Positions 11,152 through 22,294 are shown, numbered from the stretch's first letter. The stretch is DNA of 64,000 nt from Clostridiales bacterium (GCA_004556925.1 SFFI01000013.1:11563-75562), one strand, 5' to 3'. Numbers and translations: made by a program. The notes: generated from the sequence alone by a model not told the origin.

Positions 11152-13332
11152 TTATTGATCCGCTTCTGCTTGAGCAGAATCCTGCTTTTTATCCGTCTTC
11201 GTTTTTGCTTTGCGGGATTTATATTGTCCGTTTGGGCAGTCTTTATTAGAGCACAGCTTGTACTTTCTGCCCCGGTAGCGTTTTTCTACCATATATGAAC
11301 CACAAAGCCCACATTTCTCTTCCAGGGGCAAATCCCAAGAAATGAAGGGACACTCGGGGTCAGCGCCTTTTTTATCGCATACATAGAAGGTGGCAGAGCG
11401 TTTGCGGGACTTCTTCACAAGCAAGCCAGAACCGCAAAGGGGACATTTACCAGGCGCTTTGACTTCTATATTTTCTGTGTAATCACAGTCAGGATAACGG
11501 TTGCAAGCAATAAACTCACCATAACGGCCATGCTTGATGACCAGTTGACCTTGGCCACATTTGGGACAGGCACGGCCTGTCTCTTTATCTTTAAGGACTT
11601 TTTCTGTGATCGCTTCATCCGCCTGATCAATTTGCTTATGGAAGGCGGGGTAAAACTCGTGCAGGAGCTCTACACCAGAGACTTCGCCAGACTCCACCAA
11701 GTCCAGCTTTTCCTCCATCTTGGCAGTGAACTGTGTATCCACAATATTGGCGAAATTATCCTCCAGGAGTTCGGTAACAGCCTCGCCTAGTTGGGTAGGC
11801 TTTAGGTAGCGGTCTTCTTTTTCCACGTATTTACGATTGAGGATGGTAAAGATCGTCGGCGCATAGGTAGAGGGTCTGCCTACGCCTTCCTCCTCTAAGG
11901 CCTTAATCAAACTGGCCTCGGTATAGCGGGCAGGTGGCTTGGTAAATTTTTGTTCAGGCAGAAGTTTTACAAGGTCTAGGGGCTGGCCTTCTTCTAAGGG
12001 GGGCAGACTTTCCTTGTCGAGTTCCTCGCTATCTTCTGAGGATTTAGACGTGTTGCTTTCGTAGATTTTCATCCAGCCAGGAAAGAGCATGGTCTCACCC
12101 TTAACCCGGAACAACTTGTCCTCCCCGGCCAAAATATCACAGGTAACGGTATCAAATACCGCAGCTGCCATTTGTGAGGCCATAAATTTATTCCAGATTA
12201 ACCGGTAGAGCCGGTATTGTTCATTGCTTAAATCGGCCACAATTTTATCCGGACTGAGTTCAAAGTGAATAGGCCGAATAGCCTCATGGGCATCTTGGGC
12301 AGATTTTTTATTTTTGAAATAGCGGGGCTTGTCTGGCAGATAATCTTTGCCATAGTTGTCCGCGATCAGCTGGCGAACCTCTTGAATGGCATCTGAATTC
12401 ACACGCAAGGAGTCTGTACGGATATAAGTCACCAAGGAGGTCTGCCCCTGTCCGCTAATGGACACACCTTCATATAGCATTTGGGCCACCCGCATAGTAC
12501 GGTTGGCGGAAAAACCTAAGGCTCTTGAGGCTTCCTGCTGGAGTGACGAGGTCGTAAAAGGTGGGTAGGATGCGCGCTTTGACTTGCGCTTTTTGACCGT
12601 CTGGACCTTATAATCGGCATGGTCAATTTCCCCTACTAAGCGTTTAACCTCATCTTCATTCTGAAGCTTAACGACCGATACCTTACCCTGCTTCAGCAAG
12701 CCATGGAAGCGGGCGCGAAAGGCCTCATCCTGTTTGGTCTTGAGCTGGGCATCCAGCCACCAGTATTCTTCCGGCACAAACGCCGTAATTTCACGTTCGC
12801 GGTCTACAATCATCCGCGTAGCCAGGGACTGCACCCGACCCGCAGAAAGACCCTTCAGGACCTTTTTCCAAAGCAGAGGACTCAACTCATAGCCTACCAA
12901 ACGGTCCAAAATACGGCGTGTCTGTTGGGCATTAACCAAATCCATATCAATAGGACGCGCATGCTGGAGCGCCTCAGTAACCGCTTTTTTGCTAATTTCA
13001 TTGAAAGAAATTCGCAGATCGGATTGGGGGTCCAATTTGAGCGCCGTAGCTAAGTGCCAGGCGATGGCCTCCCCTTCTCTATCCGGGTCAGTCGCAAGCA
13101 GAACCAGGTCTGCCTTCTCTTTCTTTGTTCTCAGGTCTCGAATGACTGACTCTTTACCCGGCATGGTGATGTACCTCGGCTGGAAGTCATTATGAACATC
13201 CACCCCCAGGGTCGACTTGGGCAAATCACGGACATGGCCCACAGAGGCGGCCACATCATAGTCCTTGCCCAAATAGCGGCCAATCGTTTTGGCCTTGGCC
13301 GGAGATTCTACAATTACTAAAGTTTTTCCCAT
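11152..13332 (-). CDS. topA: DNA topoisomerase I
   Basis: TOPRIM VIVESPAKAKTI, the active-site region YIRTDS, and C-terminal C4 zinc ribbons. Confidence 0.95.
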   Translation of the reverse strand: MGKTLVIVESPAKAKTIGRYLGKDYDVAASVGHVRDLPKSTLGVDVHNDFQPRYITMPGKESVIRDLRTKKEKADLVLLATDPDREGEAIAWHLATALKLDPQSDLRISFNEISKKAVTEALQHARPIDMDLVNAQQTRRILDRLVGYELSPLLWKKVLKGLSAGRVQSLATRMIVDREREITAFVPEEYWWLDAQLKTKQDEAFRARFHGLLKQGKVSVVKLQNEDEVKRLVGEIDHADYKVQTVKKRKSKRASYPPFTTSSLQQEASRALGFSANRTMRVAQMLYEGVSISGQGQTSLVTYIRTDSLRVNSDAIQEVRQLIADNYGKDYLPDKPRYFKNKKSAQDAHEAIRPIHFELSPDKIVADLSNEQYRLYRLIWNKFMASQMAAAVFDTVTCDILAGEDKLFRVKGETMLFPGWMKIYESNTSKSSEDSEELDKESLPPLEEGQPLDLVKLLPEQKFTKPPARYTEASLIKALEEEGVGRPSTYAPTIFTILNRKYVEKEDRYLKPTQLGEAVTELLEDNFANIVDTQFTAKMEEKLDLVESGEVSGVELLHEFYPAFHKQIDQADEAITEKVLKDKETGRACPKCGQGQLVIKHGRYGEFIACNRYPDCDYTENIEVKAPGKCPLCGSGLLVKKSRKRSATFYVCDKKGADPECPFISWDLPLEEKCGLCGSYMVEKRYRGRKYKLCSNKDCPNGQYKSRKAKTKTDKKQDSAQAEADQ

Positions 13333-13401
13333 GCTATATCCTTAATTATTCACTCAGCTGTCCTGGCTTGAATGCTAGTCGCTAGTCGGCTGAGAGCTTG
13401 C

Positions 13402-14640
13402 CTATACTTTGTCATATATACAGGATACGGCGGTCTCTGTCAAAAGCAAGTGTCCCCGTGAACGTTTTAAATAACCCTGGCTTTCTAGTCTAGCAACGCT
13501 GCGAATAAGGCGATTCGCTTCATGCGGGCTCTGTTGGGTTAATTTCTCTAAACTATTCAGGCCCGCATGGACTGCCTGAATAATGGCCAGATCTTCTGAG
13601 GCTAGAGAGGACGGCTTGTCTGAAACCTGGTCGTGCGCTTTGCTGGTCGTTTGACTTGTCTGATCATTTTGCCAGTAGCTACCTGGCTTCCAGGCTTGGG
13701 CCAGCTTTATATCCTGTGTCTTGCTGTAAGCAGATAAGCGGCTGGAATTCTCAGGCAGGAGATCATCCAAAAGCCCATAGGAATCTATGATTCTCGCTCC
13801 GTCAGCTATGAGGCGAAGAGAGCCGCGATAGGCTTCAAATTCTAAACTAGCGGGTGCCACATAAACCTCTCTGCCCTGCTCGGCTGCCAGCCTGCCAGTA
13901 ATTAAGCTACCAGAGCGCTCCCCTGCCTGAATAATAAAAACCGATAGGCCCAGGCCTGAGATCAGTCTGTTCCGGTAATGAAAATTTTCTCTGCGGATAG
14001 GATAAGCTGGCGGAAATTCAGACGCTACAAATCCCCCCTGACGGCAAATCTCCTGTAAAAGCTCTTGGTGACAGGCAGGATAGCAAGAATCTAAGCCACA
14101 AGGGAGGATCGCTGCTGTTAAGCCCTCATGGTCAAGGCAGCTTTTATGGGCCAGGCCATCAACGCCAACTGCCAGACCAGAGATAATCGGATGGCCTCTT
14201 TCTACAAGGCGACCTACAAGCTTTTCCGTTAAGTATGCCGAGTAAGGTAAGACCTTCCGTGCACCCACGACTGCAGCGGTAGAACGACCATTCAGTACGG
14301 CCGGCGCCACCCCCTTAAACCAAAGCCAAAGCGGTGGATCGGGAATACTATTAAGATAGCTGGGCCAAGCCTCATGGCCAGGATAACAAAGGCCCAAGCC
14401 TTCCTCACGGTAAGTTGCTGCGCGGGTCAGAAAGCTTTGCCAGGACGCAGGTTTAGGCGCCAAATCCAAACCGGTCCTTTCTCCTAACTGCAAGCATAAG
14501 GCTTGTAGCGGGAGCTCGAGAATTTTTCCGCGTTGGTAGAGCTTGTAGCGGTCAAGCCAGGAAATATGTTTTTGCCAGGCAAGATCTTCTAAATATAGGG
14601 CTTTAGCCAGAATTTCTGTATCAGCGTATGTCTTGACCAT
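13402..14640 (-). CDS. dprA: DNA-processing protein DprA (Smf)
   Basis: Rossmann core VVGARK...SGLAVGVDGLAHKSCL...SEFPP, with the usual dprA-topA linkage. Confidence 0.9.
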   Translation of the reverse strand: MVKTYADTEILAKALYLEDLAWQKHISWLDRYKLYQRGKILELPLQALCLQLGERTGLDLAPKPASWQSFLTRAATYREEGLGLCYPGHEAWPSYLNSIPDPPLWLWFKGVAPAVLNGRSTAAVVGARKVLPYSAYLTEKLVGRLVERGHPIISGLAVGVDGLAHKSCLDHEGLTAAILPCGLDSCYPACHQELLQEICRQGGFVASEFPPAYPIRRENFHYRNRLISGLGLSVFIIQAGERSGSLITGRLAAEQGREVYVAPASLEFEAYRGSLRLIADGARIIDSYGLLDDLLPENSSRLSAYSKTQDIKLAQAWKPGSYWQNDQTSQTTSKAHDQVSDKPSSLASEDLAIIQAVHAGLNSLEKLTQQSPHEANRLIRSVARLESQGYLKRSRGHLLLTETAVSCIYDKV

Positions 14641-14652
14641 CCGTGAACCTCC

Positions 14653-16280
14653 TTACATCAGACTTTGCGGGTCGGGGTGGAAAAACACAGCTTCTTCTAT
14701 GTCAGCGACTAGGAGGTCCTCCCGCTGGTCCAGGTCTGCAATTGTGCGAGCCTTACGCAAAACTTGCTGGTAGGACCGCATGGTAAACCGGCGCTGATTG
14801 GCTATTTCATTGGCACGTTTGATAATGTCGGGACTAAAGCCATAAGACAGATTGGGAGCAAAGTAGGGATTGACCCCATTCTGGTAACTAAAGCCATCGA
14901 GATGGCTCCCCTCATCTACTCTTGACCTAGCAAGCTGCCAGGCTTGCAGAATTTTCCCTTGGGCTTTCTTAAAACCCGCACGATCCCCTTCCCTAATGGG
15001 GCGCCCTATAAATTCCAGGTTTTGTCGCTTCATGAGGACCATAAGGTGGAAACGGTTCCAAAGGGCACCCGAGATAGATTTCAAGTAGCTGGCAATCGCT
15101 TGATCAGAGCAGTGGCAGAGACCATCATCTTCTAGGGCATGGCCACATCGGCAAGGATTTGCTGCAGCGAGTAGAAAAAATTCGCCGGCAAGACCAGGCT
15201 GTGCTGGGCCCGAACCAAATAGATTTGATGGGAAGACATCGGTTCCCTCAGTAGCTCCAATTTGCTTGGACTATACTCTCCCAGTTCATCAAGGAACAAA
15301 ACGCCTGAATGTGCAAGGCTAAAAAGCCCTGGTTTGAGATTTTGTCCCCCTCCGGAAAGCCCCGTAGGTGTTACGGAAAAATGGGGGGCTACAAAGGGGC
15401 GCCTGCCCCAATCTAATACTTCCGTATCTTGAACCTGGGCCACGCTGTATATCTTGCGCAAGACTTGTAATTCCTCCTTTTCCAGGCCAGGTAGCAATGA
15501 AGCCGCCATGGAGAGGAGCATGGTCTTGCCACAGCCCGGAGTCCCCAAGAGTATTAGGGGGTGAAGGCCGGCTAGGGCAAGCATCAAAGCATGCCGGGCC
15601 TGGGCCTGTCCCTGATAGGCAGAAAAAGCCAATAGATCAGATTCCCTAATGGGTGGAGCTGGCAAATCCTGGAGAGCGCTTTGCTTGCAAGTTAAACTTC
15701 TGCCTCCCCTCAGATAGTCTAATACCTGGACCAGCTTTTGCAGGGGGAGGTAGTGGAGGCCATCGACAAGCTCCGCATCCCCCGCATTCGCTTGTGATAA
15801 AAAGACCAATTCTCCCGCTTGCGCCGCAGCTTCCAAATTAGGGAAAATGCTCGGAACTGGGCGGAGGGTGCCATCTAAGCCCAACTCCCCCATGACACAG
15901 TATTTTTCCTTCAGTTGAAAGCGACCCAGCTGGTCAGAGGCCTCAATGATGGCCAATGCCAGTCCCAGGTCATAAAGGCTGCCGGTTTTAGGTAGCCAAG
16001 CCGGGCTAATCCCGCAGATAATTCTGCCCTTAGGCCACTTAAGTCCCGCCGAAAGCAGGGCGGCCCGCAAGCGGCTCTCCACCTCACGGCTCTTACCCGA
16101 AGAAAGGCCCGACAAGGCGAAGGCAGGAAGGCCCGGTAAAATACTGGCTTCAATGATGGCAGGAATTGCTTCAAAACCTTGGGGAATATAGGTCTTAATC
16201 TGAGAATACATGTCTTGGTCCACTCCTCTGCCCCAAGCATAGGAGAGGAGCAAGGCCCTGAGACAAGAGAAATCCGACAT
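14653..16280 (-). pseudogene. comM: ComM/YifB Mg-chelatase-like AAA+ protein, split by a 1-nt frameshift in a homopolymer
   Basis: The 382-aa ORF carries the Lon-like N-domain, Walker A (GTPGCGKT) and GVLFLDELGEY, then ends ...PANFFYSLQ*. Shifting frame at the A6 run (15175-15180) gives PANFFLLAAANPCRCGHAL...SYLKSISGALWNRFHL, which runs into the 143-aa ORF. The likely true start is the Met at 16211. Confidence 0.8.
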
Positions 16281-16333
16281 ATGGTCCTAAATAGGGACAA
16301 TTTGTCGCATAGGGGCCAGGCAAAGCTCTAAAT

Positions 16334-16954
16334 TTAAAGGAGGTCTTGAAACTTAATGCCGCGCGTAGCGAGTTGATCCTGCAAGATCTTCTGCGCCTGC
16401 CTGCGCAGGTCCTCCCTACTTCCATTGTTTAGCACCAAAAGATCCGACAGCTTTTCATATTCTGCTTGGGAAAGTTGGACAGCCATCCTGCGCTGGGCCT
16501 CCTCGCGAGGCATTCCGCGTTTCTCCAAACGCTCCAGACGGACCTCCTCATCTGCCCACACACTAATGACTAGGTCACAGCGGTCTAAAAAACCATGCTT
16601 GACTGGTATAGGGACATCCAAAACTACGGCCTGTGCCTTACTTTGACTTAGTTCTTGCAGGCGGTCTGCGATCGTCAAAAGCACATCATGGTGGATAATG
16701 GTAGAGAGGGTATCTAAGCTTTTCTTATCTTGAAAGGCTAAGGCTGCCATCGCCTTACGATCCAAGCTGCCATCCGGATTCAAGTAATCAGCCCCGAAGC
16801 AGGCTTCGATTTCTGGCATGGACCGACCGCCAGCCTTGGTCATTTCGTGAGAAATTTGATCGGCATCTAAAAGTGGGAGCCCTGCTTCCGCCAAAAGTTC
16901 AGCCAAGCTTGACTTACCCGCTCCAATGCCGCCTGTTACACCAATAATAAACAT
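16334..16954 (-). CDS. coaE: Dephospho-CoA kinase
   Basis: IGVTGGIGAGKSS P-loop and LDADQISHE; the size is typical. Confidence 0.9.
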   Translation of the reverse strand: MFIIGVTGGIGAGKSSLAELLAEAGLPLLDADQISHEMTKAGGRSMPEIEACFGADYLNPDGSLDRKAMAALAFQDKKSLDTLSTIIHHDVLLTIADRLQELSQSKAQAVVLDVPIPVKHGFLDRCDLVISVWADEEVRLERLEKRGMPREEAQRRMAVQLSQAEYEKLSDLLVLNNGSREDLRRQAQKILQDQLATRGIKFQDLL

Positions 16955-18046
16955 TTAGACATTAAAACGGAAAAGGACCACATCCCCATCCTGCATGACA
17001 TAGTCACGGCCTTCCGACCGTAGCTTGCCTTGGTCCTTGACCTCTTTCATGGACCCCAAGGCCTTTAAATCATCAAAGGCTACCAATTCCGCCCGGATAA
17101 AGCCCCGCTCAATATCTGAGTGGATTTTGCCGGCTGCTTGAGCTGCCTTCGTTCCAGCTTTGATGGTCCAGGCACGGGACTCATCTTCCCCCGTGGTTAG
17201 GAAGGAAATAAGCCCCAGGAGCTCGTAAGAAGACCGAATAATGCGGTTGAGACCGGGTTCCGTGAGGCCAAGATCTTCTAAGAACATAGCCTTTTCATCC
17301 TCTTCCAGGTTGGAAATTTCTTCTTCAATCTCTGCGCTTATGGCCAAAACAGAGGAGCCTTCCTTTGCCGCCATCTCCCCTAGTGCAGCAACTTCCGGCA
17401 GATCCTGGCCAATCTTATCTTCAGCAATATTAGCAACATAAAGGACTGGCTTGGTCGTCAGCAAGAAAAGATCAGGTAGATAATCCTCCTTTTCCTGGTC
17501 TGTCCAAGGGAAAGAACGGGCAGGCTGTTCTGCCTCCAAATGGGCTATAAGCCGGTCTAAAAAATCCAACTCGGCTAGGATATCTTTGCTACCAGATTTG
17601 GACATTTTTGCCAGCTTCTCTTTTCTGCGTTCCAGCCATTCGAGATCAGAGAGGATGAGCTCTAAATTGATGATGCTGACGTCACGTAAGGGATCCGCCG
17701 CTCCTGAAACATGCGTAATATCACCATCTTCGAAGCACCGGACCACGTGTAAAATCGCATCCGTTTCACGGATATTAGATAAAAATTTATTCCCCAAACC
17801 TTCACCGCGAGAAGCGCCGGCCACCAGGCCTGCAATATCCACAAATTCCACGGTCGCCGGTGTTGTTTTTTTGCTCTTGCTTAGCTCTGTCAGCCAGGTC
17901 AGGCGGGCATCAGGGACCGCTACAATACCATGATTCGGCTCAATCGTGCAGAAGGGGTAATTGGCCACCTCTGCACCCGCATGGGTAATGGCATTAAACA
18001 GCGTGCTTTTGCCTACGTTAGGCAGACCAACAATTCCAACTTTCAT
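16955..18046 (-). CDS. ychF: Ribosome-binding ATPase YchF
   Basis: GIVGLPNVGKSTLFNA, FVDIAGLV and the C-terminal TGS-like DIERGFIRAE. Confidence 0.95.
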   Translation of the reverse strand: MKVGIVGLPNVGKSTLFNAITHAGAEVANYPFCTIEPNHGIVAVPDARLTWLTELSKSKKTTPATVEFVDIAGLVAGASRGEGLGNKFLSNIRETDAILHVVRCFEDGDITHVSGAADPLRDVSIINLELILSDLEWLERRKEKLAKMSKSGSKDILAELDFLDRLIAHLEAEQPARSFPWTDQEKEDYLPDLFLLTTKPVLYVANIAEDKIGQDLPEVAALGEMAAKEGSSVLAISAEIEEEISNLEEDEKAMFLEDLGLTEPGLNRIIRSSYELLGLISFLTTGEDESRAWTIKAGTKAAQAAGKIHSDIERGFIRAELVAFDDLKALGSMKEVKDQGKLRSEGRDYVMQDGDVVLFRFNV

Positions 18047-18204
18047 TTTTCACCTTTGCTTCAATCACTATATCCTAGCTACTTGCCTGGTCCCTACGCT
18101 TTTAACAAGCTTGAAGGCAGCGCAAGTAAGCGCTATCAATCTACTCAACTTCTCTAGTCTAGCACGAAAAGTCCCTCGGAGGAGTTTGTGGCCTGACCAG
18201 ACGC

Positions 18205-20829
18205 TTAGTGCGGATGATAAGTTGACATTTCTCCCCAGCTTTTGCCGATATCCAAATCAACCTTGAGGGGGACGGATAGCGAAAGGGCAGATTCCATAAC
18301 TTGCCGCAGGATAGCTGCCGCCTCCGGGACCTCCTCGTCTGGCACTTCCAAAAGCAGTTCATCATGGACCTGCAAGATCAGCTTAGCTTTTAAGCCTGCA
18401 GCCCGGAGTTCCTTTTCAACCTCTACCATGGCGATTTTAATGAGGTCTGCTGCCGAACCCTGGACAGGGGCATTCATGGCTGCCCTTTCTCCAAATTTTC
18501 TCTGGTGGAAGTTCCGACTCTTAAGTTCAGGGATATAACGGCGCCGGCCTAGAATGGTTTCGACATAGCCTTGCTTTTTGGCCTGATCTACTTGGGCCTC
18601 CATCCAGGGTTTCACCTTAGGATAGTGGCTGTAGTAAGCGTCAATATAAGCTCGTGCCTCTGCCACACTTAAGCCCAAGTCCTGGGAGAGGCTAAAGTCA
18701 GAGATCCCATAGATAATGGAAAAATTGATGGTTTTAGCATTCCGTCTTTCCTTGCTGCTAATCTCTTCCGGAAGCTTATTGAAAATCCGGGAGGCTGTAG
18801 CCAAATGAATGTCTGCATTTGTCTGGAAGGCCTCTTGTAAGCCGGGATCCTGGCTCATATGGGCCAAAAGGCGGAGTTCTATCTGGGAATAGTCTGCATC
18901 CACAAAGGTCCAGCCCGGCTTGGGCACAAAGAGCTTGCGAATCGCATCCGCCCGGTCAGATTTTACAGGAATATTTTGCAGGTTAGGTTCGGCGGAAGAA
19001 AGGCGCCCGGTGCTTGTTAGGGTTTGCTTGAAGTGGGTGTGAATACGGCCATCCCCAGAAATTTCCTTACTCAAGCCTTGAACAAAAGTGGATCGTAGCT
19101 TAGACAGCTCACGATACTCTAGGATAAGTGGGATGGCGGGATGGTCATAGTATAGTTTATCTAAAACATCCGCCGCGGTAGAGTAAGATCCGTTTTTATT
19201 TTTCTTGCCCCCCTTGAGACCTAAATCCTCAAAGAGTACCTCTCCTAGCTGCTTGCTAGAATTGAGATTGATCTCCCGGGGAAAGTAGGCAAAAATTCGC
19301 TTTTCTAGTTCAGTCAGTTCTTCTGCCATCTTGTGCGATAAGCGGTCTAGGCTTTCCCGGTCAATCCCGATGCCTACCCGCTCCATCTCTGCCAAAACCC
19401 GGGCCAGAGGGAACTCCAAATCTGTGGCCAGCTTGGACAGGCCCAGGTCAGCCAGGGCGAGGTCTGCTAAGTCACAAAACTTCAGGAGGGCAGCCAAGCG
19501 AAAATAGACTTCTTGCTCTAAGGCAGGACCTGACAGCTGGGACAAGTCCTGGAAGTCTATATTTTCGCCTCCTACAGCCTGCCAGGCGCTCAGAAAGCCA
19601 TCTGGATAGGCCTTGCTTAGGTCACCTGCATTGAGCAAGTAGGCGGCAATCTCTCCGTCATAATAAGGGTAGGCAGGAATGCTTAGGTTAGCCTCGCGCA
19701 GGGCTTCCTTCCCGGCCCAAAAGCTTAAGTGTGGCGAGACCGCTAGAATTTGCGGCCAGACGAAGTTCAGTTCAGTGAGGCTCAGGCTGAGCAGTTGGTC
19801 TTGATCCGTTAAGAGGCTCCAATGACCAGTCGGTAAGGCTAACAGCGCAATTTTATTTTCTGGACTCAAAGTCAGGTCCTGCCAAGTATCCACCTGTGTC
19901 CACTTCTTCTCCATCTGCTGGGCGGACAAGACCTCCGGCATCTCTAAATCGAAACGCTCACGCAAACTTTTAATATTGAGCCTTTGCAGGTATTGGTCCA
20001 GGGACTCTGTATCTACAGGTAAATTAGCTGGGCAGGCTTCAACGGGAGCTTCAAAATTTAATTTCGCCAGCTTGTAGGAGAGGTAGGCATCTTCTCGCCC
20101 CTCTGCCAAATTGCGTCCCTTGGCCCCTTTTATCTCTGCCAGGTGGGCATAAACTTGGTCTAAGCTGCCATAGTCCTGGATTAAAACCATGGCTGTTTTC
20201 TCACCGACCCCTTTCACACCAGGAATATTATCTGAGGGATCTCCCATCAAGGCCTTGAAATCCAAGAAAGACTCGGGGCCAAAGCCATATATCAGCTTAA
20301 ATTCCTCCGGGGTCATAAAGTCCTTCCCAGAGCCCCCCTTATTCTTGTAGGGGTAGATCAGGGTCACCTGGTCAGAAATCAGCTGCCACAAGTCCCGGTC
20401 GCCGGAAAGCACATACACTTGATCGCCTGCCAGAGTCCCTTGCCTAGCCAGGCTGGCGATCAAATCATCTGCTTCACAGCCAGGTTCTTCAACCTGGTGG
20501 AGCCCCATATAGCGCAGGCCTTCCTTAACCAAGGGAAACTGGATGGCTAGGTCCTCCTCCATGGGTTTGCGACCTGCCTTGTAACCCTCATAAAGCTGAT
20601 GCCTAAAGGTCGGTTCTGGGCGGTCAAAACAAACACAGGTGCGTTCAGGTTGGAGTAAGTCCAGATAGCTAAAGAGCATATTAAAAAAGGTGAAAATAGC
20701 ACCCGTTGGTGTGCCATCTGGTGCCGATAACCGTTGATTCCTTCCGATCCCATAATATGCCCGGTTAAGGATGGAATTACCATCTACTAATAGTAAATCG
20801 GCCTGTTTGAACTCGGTCTGTGAACGCAT
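18205..20829 (-). CDS. polA: DNA polymerase I
   Basis: A 5' nuclease domain plus polymerase motifs DYSQIELR, RRNAKTINFSIIYG and QVHDELLLE. Confidence 0.95.
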   Translation of the reverse strand: MRSQTEFKQADLLLVDGNSILNRAYYGIGRNQRLSAPDGTPTGAIFTFFNMLFSYLDLLQPERTCVCFDRPEPTFRHQLYEGYKAGRKPMEEDLAIQFPLVKEGLRYMGLHQVEEPGCEADDLIASLARQGTLAGDQVYVLSGDRDLWQLISDQVTLIYPYKNKGGSGKDFMTPEEFKLIYGFGPESFLDFKALMGDPSDNIPGVKGVGEKTAMVLIQDYGSLDQVYAHLAEIKGAKGRNLAEGREDAYLSYKLAKLNFEAPVEACPANLPVDTESLDQYLQRLNIKSLRERFDLEMPEVLSAQQMEKKWTQVDTWQDLTLSPENKIALLALPTGHWSLLTDQDQLLSLSLTELNFVWPQILAVSPHLSFWAGKEALREANLSIPAYPYYDGEIAAYLLNAGDLSKAYPDGFLSAWQAVGGENIDFQDLSQLSGPALEQEVYFRLAALLKFCDLADLALADLGLSKLATDLEFPLARVLAEMERVGIGIDRESLDRLSHKMAEELTELEKRIFAYFPREINLNSSKQLGEVLFEDLGLKGGKKNKNGSYSTAADVLDKLYYDHPAIPLILEYRELSKLRSTFVQGLSKEISGDGRIHTHFKQTLTSTGRLSSAEPNLQNIPVKSDRADAIRKLFVPKPGWTFVDADYSQIELRLLAHMSQDPGLQEAFQTNADIHLATASRIFNKLPEEISSKERRNAKTINFSIIYGISDFSLSQDLGLSVAEARAYIDAYYSHYPKVKPWMEAQVDQAKKQGYVETILGRRRYIPELKSRNFHQRKFGERAAMNAPVQGSAADLIKIAMVEVEKELRAAGLKAKLILQVHDELLLEVPDEEVPEAAAILRQVMESALSLSVPLKVDLDIGKSWGEMSTYHPH

Positions 20830-20878
20830 GTCTCTACCTCCGCTGAGCTTGCAGCTTGTCCGTTTAAGTGTAGGTTAT

Positions 20879-22294
20879 CTACTGATACTTGTCTAAGGCA
20901 TAACTTAAGACCTGGCCCGCAAGGGAAGAAACATCCGCCCATTGTCCTTCAACCACTATCGCAATAGCCAAGGGGCAGTGGGGATTCTGTAAGAAACCTG
21001 TGAACAGAGAGTCCGTTTGATTCTCCCCCTTGCTGGAGGCTCGCTCTGCCGTGCCGGTTTTGCCGCCCACCACCTGGCCAGGGATCTGGGCCCCACCTGC
21101 CATCCCCTCCTGTACAGAGTAAACCATATCTTGGGCTAAAGTATGCATAGCGGCCTCTGTGCCGACAAGATACGCCACACGGGGATGCGTAAGCTCACCG
21201 CTCTGGGCTCCAGGATTCAGGACCTCTGCTAGCAAATGCGGCTCCATCATCTGCCCGCCTTGGGCAATTGCTCCTGATATCATGGCTAAATGTAGGGGCG
21301 AAAGGCTAAGCTTCTGCCCCTCCAGGGGCTGGCCAATGGCCAACCAGCTCAAGGTATAGTCATCTATTTGCGGGGTCATTTCCAAGCGGCTCGTTTTAAC
21401 ACTCAACTTACCCAAATTTAAATCCGCGTTGAAGGCAAAGTTTTCCGCAGTATAAAAGACTTGCTTGGCGCCCATGTTCACAGCCACCTGGCCAAAAAAA
21501 TGGTTGCAGGATGCGGCCAAGGCCTGGGACCGGTTGACTAAGCCATGCCCCGCATCTTGGCGGTTTTCTAAAACAGAGCCTGGCCCCAAAAGAGGTTCGC
21601 TGCCCTTGCACATCACCTGGTAATCAGGCTGGTATTGGTCAGAGGATATCCAGGCGGCATCAGTGATCAATTTGAAGGTAGATCCCGGCGTGTATTGACC
21701 AAGCAAGGCTTTATTGAAGAGCGAGCCTTCTGCTATATTTTCCCAACGGATGACATTTTCTGGCGGGACCAGAGGGGTATTGACCAGGCACAGGACTTCC
21801 CCGGTTTCGTAATTCAAAACGACAAGGGAGGCCTTGTAAGGCTCCAGGAGTTCAGCCGCCTTACGGCATAGTCCAGCATCCAGGGTCAGGCGCAGATCCG
21901 ACCCTCTTAAGCCATGGCCTTGCAGGTCAAAAATCAATTGTTTGAAAAGGCCACGGTTGCTTCCGGTGAGTTCGGCCTGGTAACGCTCTTCAACTGTATT
22001 GGCGATATTGTGGCTATAGTCACCAATCGTCTGGACAAGCGCAGAAGCTACAAGTGCATCTTCTGCGTAGGACCGCTTGCCTTGATGGCTAGAAGCCAAA
22101 ACGACGCCCTGACGGTCTAAGATGCTGCCAGCCTTGGCGTATTGGTCGGCCAGGGCTAATTTATTTTCGCCCTCATGGCCCTCTAGTTTGGTTTTACTGC
22201 GGTCTTGCTGAAAAATAATGCCTAAGAGCAGGAAGGCAAACACCAGAATAAAGGCGACACTTACAAAGAGTAGGTTCCGGATTAATTGTTTCAT
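20879..22294 (-). CDS. Class B penicillin-binding protein (PbpA-like transpeptidase)
   Basis: N-terminal TM helix, then STFK, SCN and KTGT motifs. It overlaps the upstream SEDS gene by 4 nt. Confidence 0.85.
   Translation of the reverse strand: MKQLIRNLLFVSVAFILVFAFLLLGIIFQQDRSKTKLEGHEGENKLALADQYAKAGSILDRQGVVLASSHQGKRSYAEDALVASALVQTIGDYSHNIANTVEERYQAELTGSNRGLFKQLIFDLQGHGLRGSDLRLTLDAGLCRKAAELLEPYKASLVVLNYETGEVLCLVNTPLVPPENVIRWENIAEGSLFNKALLGQYTPGSTFKLITDAAWISSDQYQPDYQVMCKGSEPLLGPGSVLENRQDAGHGLVNRSQALAASCNHFFGQVAVNMGAKQVFYTAENFAFNADLNLGKLSVKTSRLEMTPQIDDYTLSWLAIGQPLEGQKLSLSPLHLAMISGAIAQGGQMMEPHLLAEVLNPGAQSGELTHPRVAYLVGTEAAMHTLAQDMVYSVQEGMAGGAQIPGQVVGGKTGTAERASSKGENQTDSLFTGFLQNPHCPLAIAIVVEGQWADVSSLAGQVLSYALDKYQ

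Noticed and set aside
15911-16425. ORFs 15911-16300 and 16195-16425 (minus strand), 24113-24382 (minus) and 24175-24447 (plus), and 62163-62417 (minus).
   Set aside because: These are alternate-frame overlaps of comM/coaE, hup and the hydA 3' end respectively. The better-supported genes explain these regions.
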